A stretch of DNA of 63,613 bases, the filler included, from Octopus bimaculoides (lineage: Eukaryota): NCBI RefSeq assembly GCF_001194135.2. It is 3 parts of 3 records of this genome, joined end to end, with 100 filler letters (N's around TTAATTAATTAA, not from the genome) between each part and the next. Parts side by side here need not be neighbours in the genome. Positions count along the whole stretch, not along the records: positions 28,153 to 59,744 come from NC_069003.1; positions 59,845 to 63,613 come from NC_068981.1; 1 more part is not named here. One strand, written 5' to 3'. The notes under the pieces are model-generated. The model had not been told where the DNA came from, made no database searches, and worked only from the letters and a program-made list of their open reading frames with translations. Both the position numbers and the translations under genes were made by a program. This document shows, one piece after another, positions 52,731 through 63,613 of this stretch; position 1 is the stretch's first letter, and each line of letters begins with the position of its first letter.

Positions 52731-52924
52731 TGACTTTTTCTTCAAACTCTTTCAAAGCTCATATGCTACACATTTTGCACAATTTTGTGCTCTCAGATTC
52801 TGGTCTCCTTTTCACATAGTACTAATCACAGACAGTACATATAGAAAACTAGCAATTTACTGTTACTTGAGGTCTCCGAGTTAGACCCGGAACAGCTCCT
52901 ATAAACGAAGCAAACATAACGTAG

Positions 52925-53041
<117 letters not shown>

Positions 53042-53042
53042 A

Positions 53043-53460
53043 TTTCAAATGTTAGCACAAGGTCAGCCATTTTTTTAGGGGAGGGAACCAGTTGATTATA
53101 TCGACCCCAGTGTTCAACTGGTACTTTATTTTATCGACGTCCTTCTCTAAAGGATGTAAGGCAAAGTCGACCTCGGCTGCATTTGCGCATTTGAACTTAA
53201 AACATAAACCTGAACGAAATGCCGCTAATTATTTTGTTCACACGCTGACGATTCTATCAGCTCCGGCACAAACAGCATTGATATTTCAGGAGAGGGTTGT
53301 AGTCGATTAAATCGACAGTAGCACTTACCTAGTATTTATCTAGTACTTCATTTTATCGTCTCCAGATTGTTGAAATGTAATTTTGAATTCAGCGAGATTC
53401 GGAATCAAAACAAAAACACCCGGATGTAACAAGTCTTCAATGGTGCTGAAACTCTAACAA
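53043..53460 (-). mobile_element. Two tandem SINE family A copies (53043-53270, 53285-53460)
   Basis: Central motif TCGACCCCAGTGTTCAACTGGTACTTTATTTTATCGAC; the second copy is older. Confidence 0.8.
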
Positions 53461-54079
53461 ATGATAGTTAAAGCGATATTAGCGCTATGTTGATACATAT
53501 ACTTCAGTCTACATCGGTAACTTGCACTCTTTTTGAAATCTTTTAATTTACAATACTTACCCACCTATATACCAATCTAACTGCATGCATACACACACAC
53601 ACATGCACACAACGTATACATACATGCATAGATATATGCATATACATAAATATATATTATGTGCTTGCGCGTGCGTATACACACGCAAGCACATATGTAT
53701 TGTTATACATATATATCTCAAGGTACAATTACATACACAGACACACAGACACACACACACACACGCATATATATATATATATAACTATATGTGTGTATAT
53801 TTATTTATAAATATATAAATATACACACACACACATACAGTTTACACATACACAGTAGAATATACACGCAAATACATCCGCATACAAATATACACTTAGC
53901 ACGCATAGTAACACACAATCGTTCACACACACTGGTACAACAGACAGATAAGGAGTGTGTGGTGCGAACGGTAAAATGAACAATATTCTAATTTAAATGA
54001 AAATAAAAATAAGCGCAAAGTTGGTGCGTTGTGAGATGTGTGAGATGTGTCTAGACATGAAATAGTCGGAACAGTTGTC

Positions 54080-54094
54080 TCTAGTAGCAACATC

Positions 54095-54125
<31 letters not shown>

Positions 54126-54700
54126 GCAACTACAATAATAACAGCAATAACAATTGTGATAATGAATGCAACTTCGTCATCAACAGCCAATAAATATGGC
54201 GCCTAAAACAACAGCCACGACAACGACGACAACAACAACAACAAAGAAAACAAGAGCAACAACAAAACAAATGGTCGTAATAACTGTAAGTTCGTCTTCA
54301 ACAGTAACAACATATGACGTCTACCACATCAGAAGTAGCAGCAACAACAATAGCAAAAACTAATATAATAATTATCGTAAGGGCTTAAATGATAACAACA
54401 ACAACAACAAAAACAGCAGCAGCAACAACAACAACAGCTGGAATAACTGCAAAATAACTAAATTCTAGGAGAATTACAACAAAGTCAATGACTGAAACAA
54501 AAGGGACAACAATAAGAAATGGAGCAACAAAAACAACGACAACCAAAAAAAAAAATCAATACGTATAAAAGCAACAACAACATAAATATCGGCAACAACA
54601 ATTAAACCACGAATAACAACAGTCACAACAACAACGATGGCAAAATCTACAACTGTAACGACAACAACAACAACGGTAAGAACGACAAGGACAACTGAAG
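54080..54700. repeat. Degenerate (AAC)n region
   Basis: AAC/AAT/AGC cryptic repeat. Confidence 0.9.
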
Positions 54701-54873
54701 CATTAGAATCGTATTAAGAACGTCAATGTCAAGAAGATATTCCATGAGATAACACCTAATAATTGGATAGAGAGGAAAATTATGTAGGAGACCTGGAATG
54801 ATATAATCGTAAATAAGACAGAATGGTCACAGGTGAAATGCGTTTGTTCATAGACCTGCTCGATCAGGACAAC

Positions 54874-55635
54874 CCCTTCCTACTAAAGGCACAAGGCCTA
54901 AAATTTCGGAGGAGGAGGCAAGTCGATTACATCGACCCCAGTCGAGCACTGGTACTTAATTTATCGATCCTGGAAGGATGAAAAGCAAAGTGGACGTCGG
55001 CAGAATTTGAAATCAGAACATGAAGATGGGCGAAATGTCATTAAGCATTTTGTCCGGCGTGTTAACGATTCCACCAACTTCCTGCCTTTAAATAATGATA
55101 ATATTTCATTCTACTAAAGAAACAAGGCCTGTAATTTTTAGGGAGGAGACGAGTCGATTACATCGACCCCAGTGTTTCACTGGTACTTATTTTATCAATC
55201 TCGAAACTCGACTACGGATGAATTTGAATTTAGAACGAAGAAGACGGACGAAATGCCGCACTGCCAGCCCACTGTCTTAATGATAATAATGATAACAACA
55301 ATAAAAACAATGATAACTACAATAATAATAGTAGTAATTGTAGTAGTAATAACAATAATAATAATTCTAATTTGACGCTAGTCCGACAATTTTGAGGGAA
55401 GGGGGCCATCATTTTATTGATTCCAAATATGTAAATGGTAATGTCGGAAATTTTGAGGGAGGAGACTAGTCGATTACACGGACACCCAGTGTTTCACTGG
55501 TACTTAATTTATCGACACCCGAAATAGTGACCAACTCGACCAGAGCGGAATTTGAACTCGAAACGGAAGGACGGTCGAAATGCCGTTAAACATTTTCCCC
55601 GGCGCGATAACAATTACGCCAACCCACCACCTTTC
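54874..55635 (-). mobile_element. Head-to-tail array of four SINE family A copies
   Basis: Copies at about 54874-55087, 55108-55275, 55365-55440 (partial) and 55445-55635, with AAT-rich spacers. Confidence 0.88.
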
Positions 55636-55889
55636 AACTACAATAATAATACAAATAAGTCCATTAACATCGCTTGCAAAACCAGCAGGTGGAAAATGAC
55701 ATTCTGCTAGAAGTAGCAACCAAATTCCTCTGAAATTTCGCCCAGTGGAATCTACAACAACAACTACAGCAACAACAGCAATAGAAAGAATAGTAATACA
55801 CACCACACCTTCAATATCATCGCCATTAAGAACAGGTGTCATGAGACATCCTGTTAGAAATAGCAGCCAAATCTCTCTGAAATTTCAAC

Positions 55890-56770
55890 ATGGATAATAC
55901 ATAACAACAACAATAACAACAATAACAATGCTAACTATACCATCATCACTATCTTTATAACCATCACCACTGCTGTTGGTGGTGGTGGTCACATTGCAAT
56001 ATTTAGACCACTATCACCCACGCCTACATCAAAGAAATAATCATAAAAACAACAACAAATACAAGGAAAAAAAACAAGTGTAAGAACCAGAACACTTTTG
56101 ATAGCACTACTACAACCCCAACATCACCGATTACACAACCACCGATAACAACACCTGTACCATTGGTGACACAATCGCCATCACGATCAACGTTACTGCT
56201 AAAAATCACCAACAACACCACCACCACCATCACCACTACCAATACCATCACCATCATATAAACACCACCACCACCACAACAAACAACACTTACGATCCAT
56301 GACACGACCACCACCACTAACACCATCACCGCCATCAATAACACCACTAACACCATTATCGGCATCACCACCACCACCCCTCCACCATCATTATCATCAT
56401 CACCATCGTAATCGTTGTCGTCGTCGTCGTCATCATCATCACCGCCATCACCACACCAAACATGAACAACACCGCCCTCACCGTGACCACCATCCTCGCC
56501 ATCTCTACGGCAACCAACACCAACACCACCATCATCATCAACTCCCCGGCTACTACTAACTTATCATCACCATCCATACATACTACCACCGCTACTACCA
56601 CCGCCACTACCACCACCACCACTACTGTGAAACAACCAACACGTCTGGTAACAACAACAACAACAACAACAACAACAAAGACTTACAACAATATCAGTGA
56701 TCATAAAAATAACACTGCCATTAAGAATATTGAAAATATTCCGACAACAACAACAAGAAGAACAAAACTC
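55890..56770. repeat. Degenerate (CAC/CAT/AAC)n region
   Basis: Strand-biased cryptic trinucleotide repeat. Confidence 0.9.
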
Positions 56771-56898
56771 AATTACAACACAATGTCTAACAAGTACATT
56801 CATCAATACTAAATGGCGTCAAAGTCAAGAAAATATGAAATGGAACAATAAAAGAATTAATGAATATATGTGTGTATATATGTGTAAATGCGAGTATT

Positions 56899-56959
<61 letters not shown>

Positions 56960-58777
56960 NNNNNNNNNNNNNNNNNNNNNNNNNNNNNNNNNNNNNNNNN
57001 NNNNNNNNNNNNNNNNNNNNNNNNNNNNNNNNNNNNNNNNNNNNNNNNNNNNNNNNNNNNNNNNNNNNNNNNNNNNNNNNNNNNNNNNNNNNNNNNNNNN
57101 NNNNNNNNNNNNNNNNNNNNNNNNNNNNNNNNNNNNNNNNNNNNNNNNNNNNNNNNNNNNNNNNNNNNNNNNNNNNNNNNNNNNNNNNNNNNNNNNNNNN
57201 NNNNNNNNNNNNNNNNNNNNNNNNNNNNNNNNNNNNNNNNNNNNNNNNNNNNNNNNNNNNNNNNNNNNNNNNNNNNNNNNNNNNNNNNNNNNNNNNNNNN
57301 NNNNNNNNNNNNNNNNNNNNNNNNNNNNNNNNNNNNNNNNNNNNNNNNNNNNNNNNNNNNNNNNNNNNNNNNNNNNNNNNNNNNNNNNNNNNNNNNNNNN
57401 NNNNNNNNNNNNNNNNNNNNNNNNNNNNNNNNNNNNNNNNNNNNNNNNNNNNNNNNNNNNNNNNNNNNNNNNNNNNNNNNNNNNNNNNNNNNNNNNNNNN
57501 NNNNNNNNNNNNNNNNNNNNNNNNNNNNNNNNNNNNNNNNNNNNNNNNNNNNNNNNNNNNNNNNNNNNNNNNNNNNNNNNNNNNNNNNNNNNNNNNNNNN
57601 NNNNNNNNNNNNNNNNNNNNNNNNNNNNNNNNNNNNNNNNNNNNNNNNNNNNNNNNNNNNNNNNNNNNNNNNNNNNNNNNNNNNNNNNNNNNNNNNNNNN
57701 NNNNNNNNNNNNNNNNNNNNNNNNNNNNNNNNNNNNNNNNNNNNNNNNNNCCCCCCCCCCCCACGATGTACCGTTTTGAAGTAGTTTTGAAGAGAAAGAT
57801 ACATTAAACATTTCCAAAATAAATACAGGCATCCCGTGATTAGTGAGCAAAAACTTTTGATACTGCTCCTTAATATAAGCGGTCTGAAATTTGATTAGCT
57901 CGCTTCAATAAGTGTTTGTTTGTGTTGTGCGAGAGTACGACGCCTCCTGACGAGAATGGACTGGATCATTACATATAAATAGTAGCTAGTTCCATAGTTA
58001 GTGTGTTGATAGTTTAAAGTTGGGGTTCAAAGTTTACAGTCGAGTCAGCGTGTTGGATTGTTGGTTCTTGAAAGATTGTTGCCACGTTCCGAGTGGTTAC
58101 AGCCGTTTCTTTCGATTATATTGTTATTACACTGTTGCAGTGTATTCGTTTATCTACAAAGATATAATATCTGGTAACGAGGATCGTTCGAAACTCACAT
58201 TGGTTATTTGACAATTTCTGCGTCATGGAAAACCTATTGGCTGCTGTAGTATAGCTTCAAGAGAAACAACAGGGTCAACTACAGGAGTTGCAAAAATAAA
58301 CACTACAACAACTACAACAGTTAATTGAGTTACAGACGACGTGGCCAACGCAATTTCTGAATTTACGCCTAATCCGGAGGAAGGTATTACGTTCTCCCGC
58401 GTATTATAGAAGATACAAGGAAATTTTTAACAACGTGTGCAAGTCATGCTCGCAAAGAGCAGAACGTAAGGTTTTTACTACGCAAAGTAGCTCCTGCCGA
58501 CCTCATGTTCGGCAGGAACTACTCTAATTACTGTAACTTTATTCTGCCCAAAAAGTCGAGTGAGATTGGTTTCCAAGAAACCGTGGAACTGCTTTCAGAA
58601 ATTTTTTATGATAGAAGTTCCTTATTCAACACCAGAATGGAGTGTTGAGACTTAATAAGAAATGAAGATGATGGTTTTACCACCTACGCTCAAACAGTCA
58701 ATAATATGTGCGAAAATTTCAAACTCCAGGATCTCTCAGGATATGTTCAAATCACTTATCTTCGTGCAAGGATTTAT

Positions 58778-59230
58778 CGTGGCACTCCGTCGGTTACGAC
58801 GACGAGGCTTCCAGTTGATCCAATCAACGGAACAGCCTGCTCGTGAAATTAACGTGCAAGTGGCTGAGCACTCCACAGACACGTGTACCCTTAACGTAGT
58901 TCTCGGGAAGATTTAGTTCTCGGGAAAATTTAGTTCTCGGGAAGATTTAGTTCTCGGGAAGATTTAGTTCTCGGGAAGATTCAGCATGACACAGTGTGAC
59001 AAGGCTGACCCTTTGAAATACAGGTGCAACAGAAACAGGAAGAAAGAGTGAGAGAAAGTTGTGGTGAAAGAGTACAGCAGGGTTCGCCATCATCCCCTGC
59101 TGGAGCCCCATGGAGCTTTAGGTGTTTTCTCTCCATAAACACTCACAACACCCGCTCTGGGAATCGAAACTGCGATCCTACAACCGCGAGTACGCTGTAC
59201 TAACCACTGGGCCATTGCGCCCACCCCCCA
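58778..59230 (-). mobile_element. SINE family C inserted in gag
   Basis: Near-identical to 3976-4354; 11-bp TSD CAAGGA(T/C)TTAT at 58767 and 59231. Confidence 0.92.
58897..58981. repeat. 5 x 17-bp tandem repeat inside the SINE
   Basis: TAGTTCTCGGGAAGATT x5 (one copy has G>A); a single copy in the sister SINE near 4090. Confidence 0.95.
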
Positions 59231-59660
59231 CAAGGACTTATAGCACCTGAAGATAGAGAAATTCGGGCAAGGATTCTCTCGAATATGGAGCAAGCAAACC
59301 AGGAGTTATCTCTACAAACCATCGCAGAAGAATGTCTGACTATGGTAAATCTTAAACATGATGTGAAAAAATACAAGATAAAGACTGCAAAAATTCAAAT
59401 GTGTCGTCCCGGGAAACATAACCATAAACAAAGTCTGAAGCTCAAATCTGTGTTATGGTTGTAGAGGCCTACACTACAAAAAGGATTGTCCGTTTAAAAA
59501 CAAAAAGGAGTTCTCATTGTAGAACAAAACTACGACGTTCAAGCACAAAAATTCCAAGGTGTTTTCAGCGGAGAAGGATTACGACGGAAAAACAAGAAAA
59601 TTCGTGCACGTAAAAGTAAATGGCGTGAATAACAAATTACAGATGGACATAGGTAGTGAC

Positions 59661-59744
<84 letters not shown>

Positions 59745-59788
59745 NNNNNNNNNNNNNNNNNNNNNNNNNNNNNNNNNNNNNNNNNNNN

Positions 59789-59800
59789 TTAATTAATTAA
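59789..59800. other. Artificial contig-join spacer TTAATTAATTAA
   Basis: Same N-flanked 12-mer as 28097-28108. Confidence 0.9.
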
Positions 59801-60126
59801 NNNNNNNNNNNNNNNNNNNNNNNNNNNNNNNNNNNNNNNNNNNNTATATATATATATATATACATATACATACATATATATATATATATATGTATGAATA
59901 TGTATGTATGTATATGTATATATACATATATAGTTATATATATATATACAGATATATACATAACAGTATTAGTAAAATAGATGGAATGAGTAAAAGATCT
60001 TATTGGGTACGTGTGTGTGTGTGTATGTACGTATTCATGTATGTATGTACATACACACACACATACATATATTCATATATATATGTATGTAGGTAAGTTT
60101 GTATATATATATATATATATACATAC

Positions 60127-60185
<59 letters not shown>

Positions 60186-61182
60186 NNNNNNNNNNNNNNN
60201 NNNNNNNNNNNNNNNNNNNNNNNNNNNNNNNNNNNNNNNNNNNNNNNNNNNNNNNNNNNNNNNNNNNNNNNNNNNNNNNNNNNNNNNNNNNNNNNNNNNN
60301 NNNNNNNNNNNNNNNNNNNNNNNNNNNNNNNNNNNNNNNNNNNNNNNNNNNNNNNNNNNNNNNNNNNNNNNNNNNNNNNNNNNNNNNNNNNNNNNNNNNN
60401 NNNNNNNNNNNNNNNNNNNNNNNNNNNNNNNNNNNNNNNNNNNNNNNNNNNNNNNNNNNNNNNNNNNNNNNNNNNNNNNNNNNNNNNNNNNNNNNNNNNN
60501 NNNNNNNNNNNNNNNNNNNNNNNNNNNNNNNNNNNNNNNNNNNNNNNNNNNNNNNNNNNNNNNNNNNNNNNNNNNNNNNNNNNNNNNNNNNNNNNNNNNN
60601 NNNNNNNNNNNNNNNNNNNNNNNNNNNNNNNNNNNNNNNNNNNNNNNNNNNNNNNNNNNNNNNNNNNNNNNNNNNNNNNNNNNNNNNNNNNNNNNNNNNN
60701 NNNNNNNNNNNNNNNNNNNNNNNNNNNNNNNNNNNNNNNNNNNNNNNNNNNNNNNNNNNNNNNNNNNNNNNNNNNNNNNNNNNNNNNNNNNNNNNNNNNN
60801 NNNNNNNNNNNNNNNNNNNNNNNNNNNNNNNNNNNNNNNNNNNNNNNNNNNNNNNNNNNNNNNNNNNNNNNNNNNNNNNNNNNNNNNNNNNNNNNNNNNN
60901 NNNNNNNNNNNNNNNNNNNNNNNNNNNNNNNNNNNNNNNNNNNNNNNNNNNNNNNNNNNNNNNNNNNNNNNNNNNNNNNNNNNNNNNNNNNNNNNNNNNN
61001 NNNNNNNNNNNNNNNNNNNNNNNNNNNNNNNNNTTCCATTCATTCTGGGAGCGGGATGAGGTGAACGACAACGCCACTCTCCGTGGGATTTGAACTCGAA
61101 AGCAAGCTATTTAATCCAGCATTCTGGTATTCTGTTACTGGTGATTATGATAACTCCCTTGGTAGTTATCACAATAATAACG

Positions 61183-63022
61183 ATTTCAAATTTTGACATA
61201 GAACCAGGAGCTTTTTAGGAGAGGGAGAAGTCGAATTCATCGACCCCGGTACTTGATGGGTATTTATTTCATCGACCCTGAAAGGACGAAAGATAAACTC
61301 GACCTCGGCGGAACTCGAACTCAGAACGTAAAATTCAGAACAAATACCGCAAAGCAGTTTTTCCGAGGCTCTAATGATTTTCAGCCAACAGATTGTCCAT
61401 ATCATATCGATGGTTTCTGATTTAGGCACAAAGCTTTTAGTTTAAGTGAAGGGAGTTAATCGATCCCATTGACTCTTGTATTTCACTACATTTTATCGAC
61501 TCTGTAGTGATGGAAGCTAACCGCGACATGATATCAATTCAGGATGTACAAGTCTAGAACATATATCACAAAGCATGCTAACCATCCTACCATTTCACAA
61601 ACTTCATAGTTACCGTGAACAATCCTTTTTGTTAAGAGGCACGAGACCTGAAATTTGGGCGAGGAAGCTAATCGATTACACTGACCCCAGTACTCAACTG
61701 GTACTTATTTTATCGACCCTCAAAAGGATGAAAGTCAAAGGCTACTTCGGCGGAATTTGAAATCAGAATATAAAGACGAACGAAATACCGCTAACTATTT
61801 TTGTTCGACATGCGAACAATTCTGCCAGCTCGCTGCCTTATAGTTATCATAAATAATAGGTTCATCGATATAGAGTTTGCATTTTATGGCGGCAATTAGT
61901 AAAGCGAGTTCGACAAACAAACCAAATCCACTCACAAGGCTTTGGTCGGCTGGAGGTTATAGTAGAAGACATTAGCCCAAGGTGCCACGCAGTGGAACTG
62001 AACCCGGAACCATGTGGTTGGTAAGCAAGCTACTTACCACACAGCAACTCACCAAATATGAAATCAATTGGAACAGAAATTGAAAAAATTGAAAAGTTGC
62101 AGCCAAACAGAAAAGATAATAAAAAATAAGAAGAATGGCTTCAAATTTCGGCACAAGATCAGTAATTTGAGGGGAGGGACGAAGTCGGTTACATCGACCC
62201 CGATGCACAACATGTTTATTTTATCGNNNNNNNNNNNNNNNNNNNNNNNNNNNNNNNNNNNNNNNNNNNNNNNNNNNNNNNNNNNNNNNNNNNNNNNNNN
62301 NNNNNNNNNNNNNNNNNNNNNNNNNNNNNNNNNNNNNNNNNNNNNNNNNNNNNNNNNNNNNNNNNNNNNNNNNNNNNNNNNNNNNNNNNNNNNNNNNNNN
62401 NNNNNNNNNNNNNNNNNNNNNNNNNNNNNNNNNNNNNNNNNNNNNNNNNNNNNNNNNNNNNNNNNNNNNNNNNNNNNNNNNNNNNNNNNNNNNNNNNNNN
62501 NNNNNNNNNNNNNNNNNNNNNNNNNNNNNNNNNNNNNNNNNNNNNNNNNNNNNNNNNNNNNNNNNNNNNNNNNNNNNNNNNNNNNNNNNNNNNNNNNNNN
62601 NNNNNNNNNNNNNNNNNNNNNNNNNNNNNNNNNNNNNNNNNNNNNNNNNNNNNGACCCCAGTGCGTAACTGGTACTTAATTTATCGACCCCGAAAGGATG
62701 AAAGGCAAAGTCGACCTCAGCGGAATTTGAACTCAGAACGTAAAGACAGGCAAAATACCGCTAAGCATTTCGCCCGGCGTGCTAACGTTTCTTATTTCTT
62801 TATTGCCCACAAGGGGCTAAACATAGAGGGGACAAACAAGGACAGACAAAGGGATTAAGTCGAATATATCGACCCCAGTGCGTAACTGGTACTTAATTTA
62901 TCGACCCTGAAAGGATGAAAGGTAAAGTCGACCTCGGCGGAATTTGAACTCAGAACGTAACGGCAGACGAAATACCGCTAAGCATTTCGCCCGGCGTGCT
63001 AACGATTCTGCCAGCTCGCCTC
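61183..63022 (-). mobile_element. Cluster of six SINE family A copies plus one family B 5' half (61925-62050)
   Basis: A copies at about 61183-61390, 61415-61600, 61628-61840, 62143-62226, 62654-62790 and 62791-63022. The last two are nearly consensus (young). Confidence 0.88.
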
Positions 63023-63030
63023 TTTATTAA

Positions 63031-63065
<35 letters not shown>

Positions 63066-63613
63066 ACTCATCACCTTCCAGTGTGAATCGAAAACATATT
63101 GATTCAGCATACAATAAGTTTCTATGGATGACCTCGATGAATGTGCTTCAGAGGCAACGTTGGCTGGGATGAGCTTGCCAGGTGAGAAACAAAGCAGGAT
63201 AAATCTATAGAAAAGAGTTGGTAAATGCATATAGAATAACATCACTTGGTATAAATATCAAAATAGTACGGAGCAGAAACAGTTGTTATAGATGCAGATA
63301 CGACATATGGAAGGAAGATACAGTAGCAAGGTAATGATTGCCAACGTGGCGGTAAGTAGATGATAACCAATCCACCAAATCGCCTTTGTTTCGATGCCAG
63401 ATCTATGTTAAGCAATACAAGATTTAACAATATTATATCCCTACATACTGATCGTGCCGAGGATGAACTTCAATAACCTTGAATGGCTTTGGTATTGATC
63501 AAATATGTTCCAGTTAGATAAAGAGCCCGATATAATCGATTATATCTCCTTAAAGATCACCTTGCTGTTTTGGGCGAAAGAAAATCATTAATTCTTCCTC
63601 TTTTCTCCATTTT

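Larger units (their letters stand above)
57767..59662 (+). mobile_element. Gypsy (Mag-like) LTR retrotransposon 5' remnant: LTR, PBS, gag, start of protease
   Basis: TGTA.. LTR 57767-~58168 and PBS-like TGGTAACGAGGAT 58172-58184. Gag from ATG 58225: ISEFTPNPEEGITF, YCNFILPKK, SSLFNTR, DMFKSLIFVQG | LIAPEDREIRARIL, knuckle CYGCRGLHYKKDCPF. Protease RKFVHVKVNGVNNKLQMDIGSDI is cut off by (TATC)n. Confidence 0.85.

Noticed and set aside
58897-58981. Short direct repeats suggestive of a CRISPR array
   Set aside because: The units are contiguous with no spacers, lie inside a SINE, and the context is eukaryotic.
63130-63360. Several + strand GT donor-like sites (CAG|GTGAGA, GCG|GTAAGT)
   Set aside because: No open exon with a credible acceptor or protein similarity.

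Overview
Eukaryotic, AT-rich, gap-ridden and repeat-dominated scaffold window. I found no supportable host protein-coding exon. The SINE families (tRNA-derived, OR1/OR2-like) and the extreme microsatellite load point to an octopus genome; this is my inference, not a database result. Every protein-like segment belongs to a decayed mobile element: an IR/DR-type Tc1 with a Penelope-like element (PLE) nested in its right TIR, two mariners, a Helitron, a Tigger-like MITE, at least six R4/Dong LINE pieces (several bounded by (TAA)n), RTE LINE pieces and a Mag-like Gypsy LTR remnant. About 30 SINE copies from 3-4 families are also present. The most interesting signal is a dispersed set of PLE-type minimal hammerhead ribozyme motifs: two near-intact (4620, 19389), two core variants (20397, 25183) and two remnants (2690, 7780). 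One remnant lies directly downstream of a tRNA-like Pol III module inside a PLE 3' region. Other points of interest are TAA-linked head-to-tail Dong elements, orientation-locked SINE arrays, SINE domain swapping and a two-tier tandem array. Two TTAATTAATTAA spacers between N runs show artificial contig joins, so long-range contiguity is not guaranteed. Coordinates were read by eye; boundaries of decayed elements are approximate.
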